Part shown: positions 31,296 to 32,000 of the stretch, one piece after another | Layout of the letters: every line of letters begins with the position of its first letter | Numbering within the stretch: position 1 is the first letter of the stretch | From: Sinorhizobium meliloti | Lineage (GTDB): Bacteria > Pseudomonadota > Alphaproteobacteria > Rhizobiales > Rhizobiaceae | DNA length: 32,000 nt | Direction: 5' to 3' | Assembly: GCF_017876815.1 (NCBI RefSeq) | Contig: NZ_JAGIOS010000003.1 | Location: 990,001 to 1,022,000 of the forward strand | The notes under the pieces: generated by a model | Database searches by the model: none | What the model was told of the DNA's origin: nothing | The model's input: only the letters and a program-made list of their open reading frames with translations | Program-made: the position numbers and the translations under genes

Positions 31296-32000
31296 TCAGC
31301 CCTGCATGATTTCCTTGAACTTGGCGAACCACTGGCTCTCGTTCTCGACCTGTACCTTGGCCGAGATACGGATCAGCTGCTTGAAGTCCTCCTCCGTTGT
31401 TGGATAGGAGGGGTCGCCCACGAGATCGGCGGGCGGCGTGATGCCGGGGATGACGCCGGGCAAGCCGAGACCGTCCAGCCAGATCTGCTGCGCTTCCTTG
31501 GTCAGGGCGTGGTTGATATATTGCTTGGCCCAGTAAAGCTCGTTCTCGGGCAGACCCTTCGGTATCCAAAGGCCGTCCGTGTCGAACTTGGCGCCTTCCT
31601 CCGGCACGACCCAGGCGATCTCGATGCCGTTCTTCTTGGCTTCGCGCGCATTGGTCGAGATGGTGCAGGCGGCGTCGATCTCGCCCTTCTGGAACCAGGT
31701 GGTAAAATCCGGGTCCTCGCCGAGCAGCGGCTGTTGCTCCTTGATCTTGGAGATGAAATCCCAGGCCGGCTGCATGTTGCCCGGAATGTCCTCGAGCTTG
31801 CCGCCGCCGGCGACTTGTGCGGGGAAGTGGAAGCCGATCCCGTCGTTATACAATGCGATCCGGCCCTTGAGCTTGGGGTCGAGCAGATCCTTCCAGGATT
31901 TTGGCGCGCCGTTCGGGAAGGCCGACGGGCGATAGGCGAGCACGTAGACATAACCGTAGGTGTTGACGATCGGATAGCCGTCGAGGCCGACCGGCTTTGC
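31296..32000 (-). CDS. PotD/PotF-type (family 1) extracellular solute-binding protein; 5' end beyond the window
   Basis: The frame stays open to the window edge. It reads ...GYPIVNTYGYVYVLAYRPSAFPNGAPKSWKDLLDPKLKGRIALYNDG...NAREAKKNGIEIAWVVPEEGAKFDTDGLWIPKG..., typical of spermidine/putrescine-type SBPs. Stop at 31296-31298. Confidence 0.85.
   Translation of the reverse strand, partial: AKPVGLDGYPIVNTYGYVYVLAYRPSAFPNGAPKSWKDLLDPKLKGRIALYNDGIGFHFPAQVAGGGKLEDIPGNMQPAWDFISKIKEQQPLLGEDPDFTTWFQKGEIDAACTISTNAREAKKNGIEIAWVVPEEGAKFDTDGLWIPKGLPENELYWAKQYINHALTKEAQQIWLDGLGLPGVIPGITPPADLVGDPSYPTTEEDFKQLIRISAKVQVENESQWFAKFKEIMQG

Noticed and set aside
1-32000. Scan for CRISPR arrays, rRNA, tRNA, integrons or long (>50 bp) exact repeats.
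   Set aside because: None were found by eye. The only exact repeats are the IS termini, its 9-bp target duplication and the 16-bp motif.

Overview
This is high-GC alpha-proteobacterial DNA. It looks like a Rhizobium/Sinorhizobium accessory or megaplasmid region; that is an inference from gene content and an ISRm3-like insertion sequence. No search tools were used, so all family calls come from reading the translations by eye.

Layout:
1. 1-7362: a divergently transcribed YheO/DauR-like regulator. It is followed on the + strand by a polar-amino-acid (His/Lys/Arg/opine-type) ABC importer, an ornithine-cyclodeaminase/mu-crystallin enzyme, a threonine-synthase paralogue and an IMPase/HisN-like phosphatase.
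2. 7363-11204: a small mobile/decayed island. It holds an intact 1298-bp IS256-family element (perfect 30-bp IRs, 9-bp target duplication), a ParB-like gene pair destroyed by truncation and at least 4 frameshifts, and an intact RelE-like/HTH type II toxin-antitoxin pair.
3. 11205-22570: a tightly coupled 10-gene minus-strand operon with a divergent RutR-like TetR regulator. Gene order is family-1-like uracil-DNA-glycosylase homologue, GMC flavoprotein oxidoreductase, NIPSNAP, BMP-family (nucleoside-type) ABC importer (SBP, tandem ATPase, two permeases), VOC/glyoxalase, nucleoside hydrolase, and deaminase-type amidohydrolase.
4. 22571-23828: an IS scar where a 5'-truncated, frameshifted IS110-family fragment abuts the 3' end of an ISL3-family element.
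5. 23829-32000: a minus-strand cluster of PotD-type SBP (partial), two permeases, a HisD-family dehydrogenase, a Zn-ADH, a HutC-type GntR regulator, an APH-fold kinase-like protein and an FMN-dependent alpha-hydroxy-acid dehydrogenase.

No rRNA, tRNA or CRISPR array was seen. The best candidate for something undescribed is the RutR-type-controlled operon in (3). It combines a UDG-fold protein that keeps the uracil-pocket residues with nucleoside uptake, hydrolysis, deamination and a GMC oxidase, which suggests catabolism of a modified pyrimidine nucleoside. Secondary candidates:
- the OCD plus ThrC-paralogue cluster;
- the HisD-like/kinase/FMN-dehydrogenase cluster;
- a 16-bp motif that recurs at three junctions, one of them next to the IS110 remnant.
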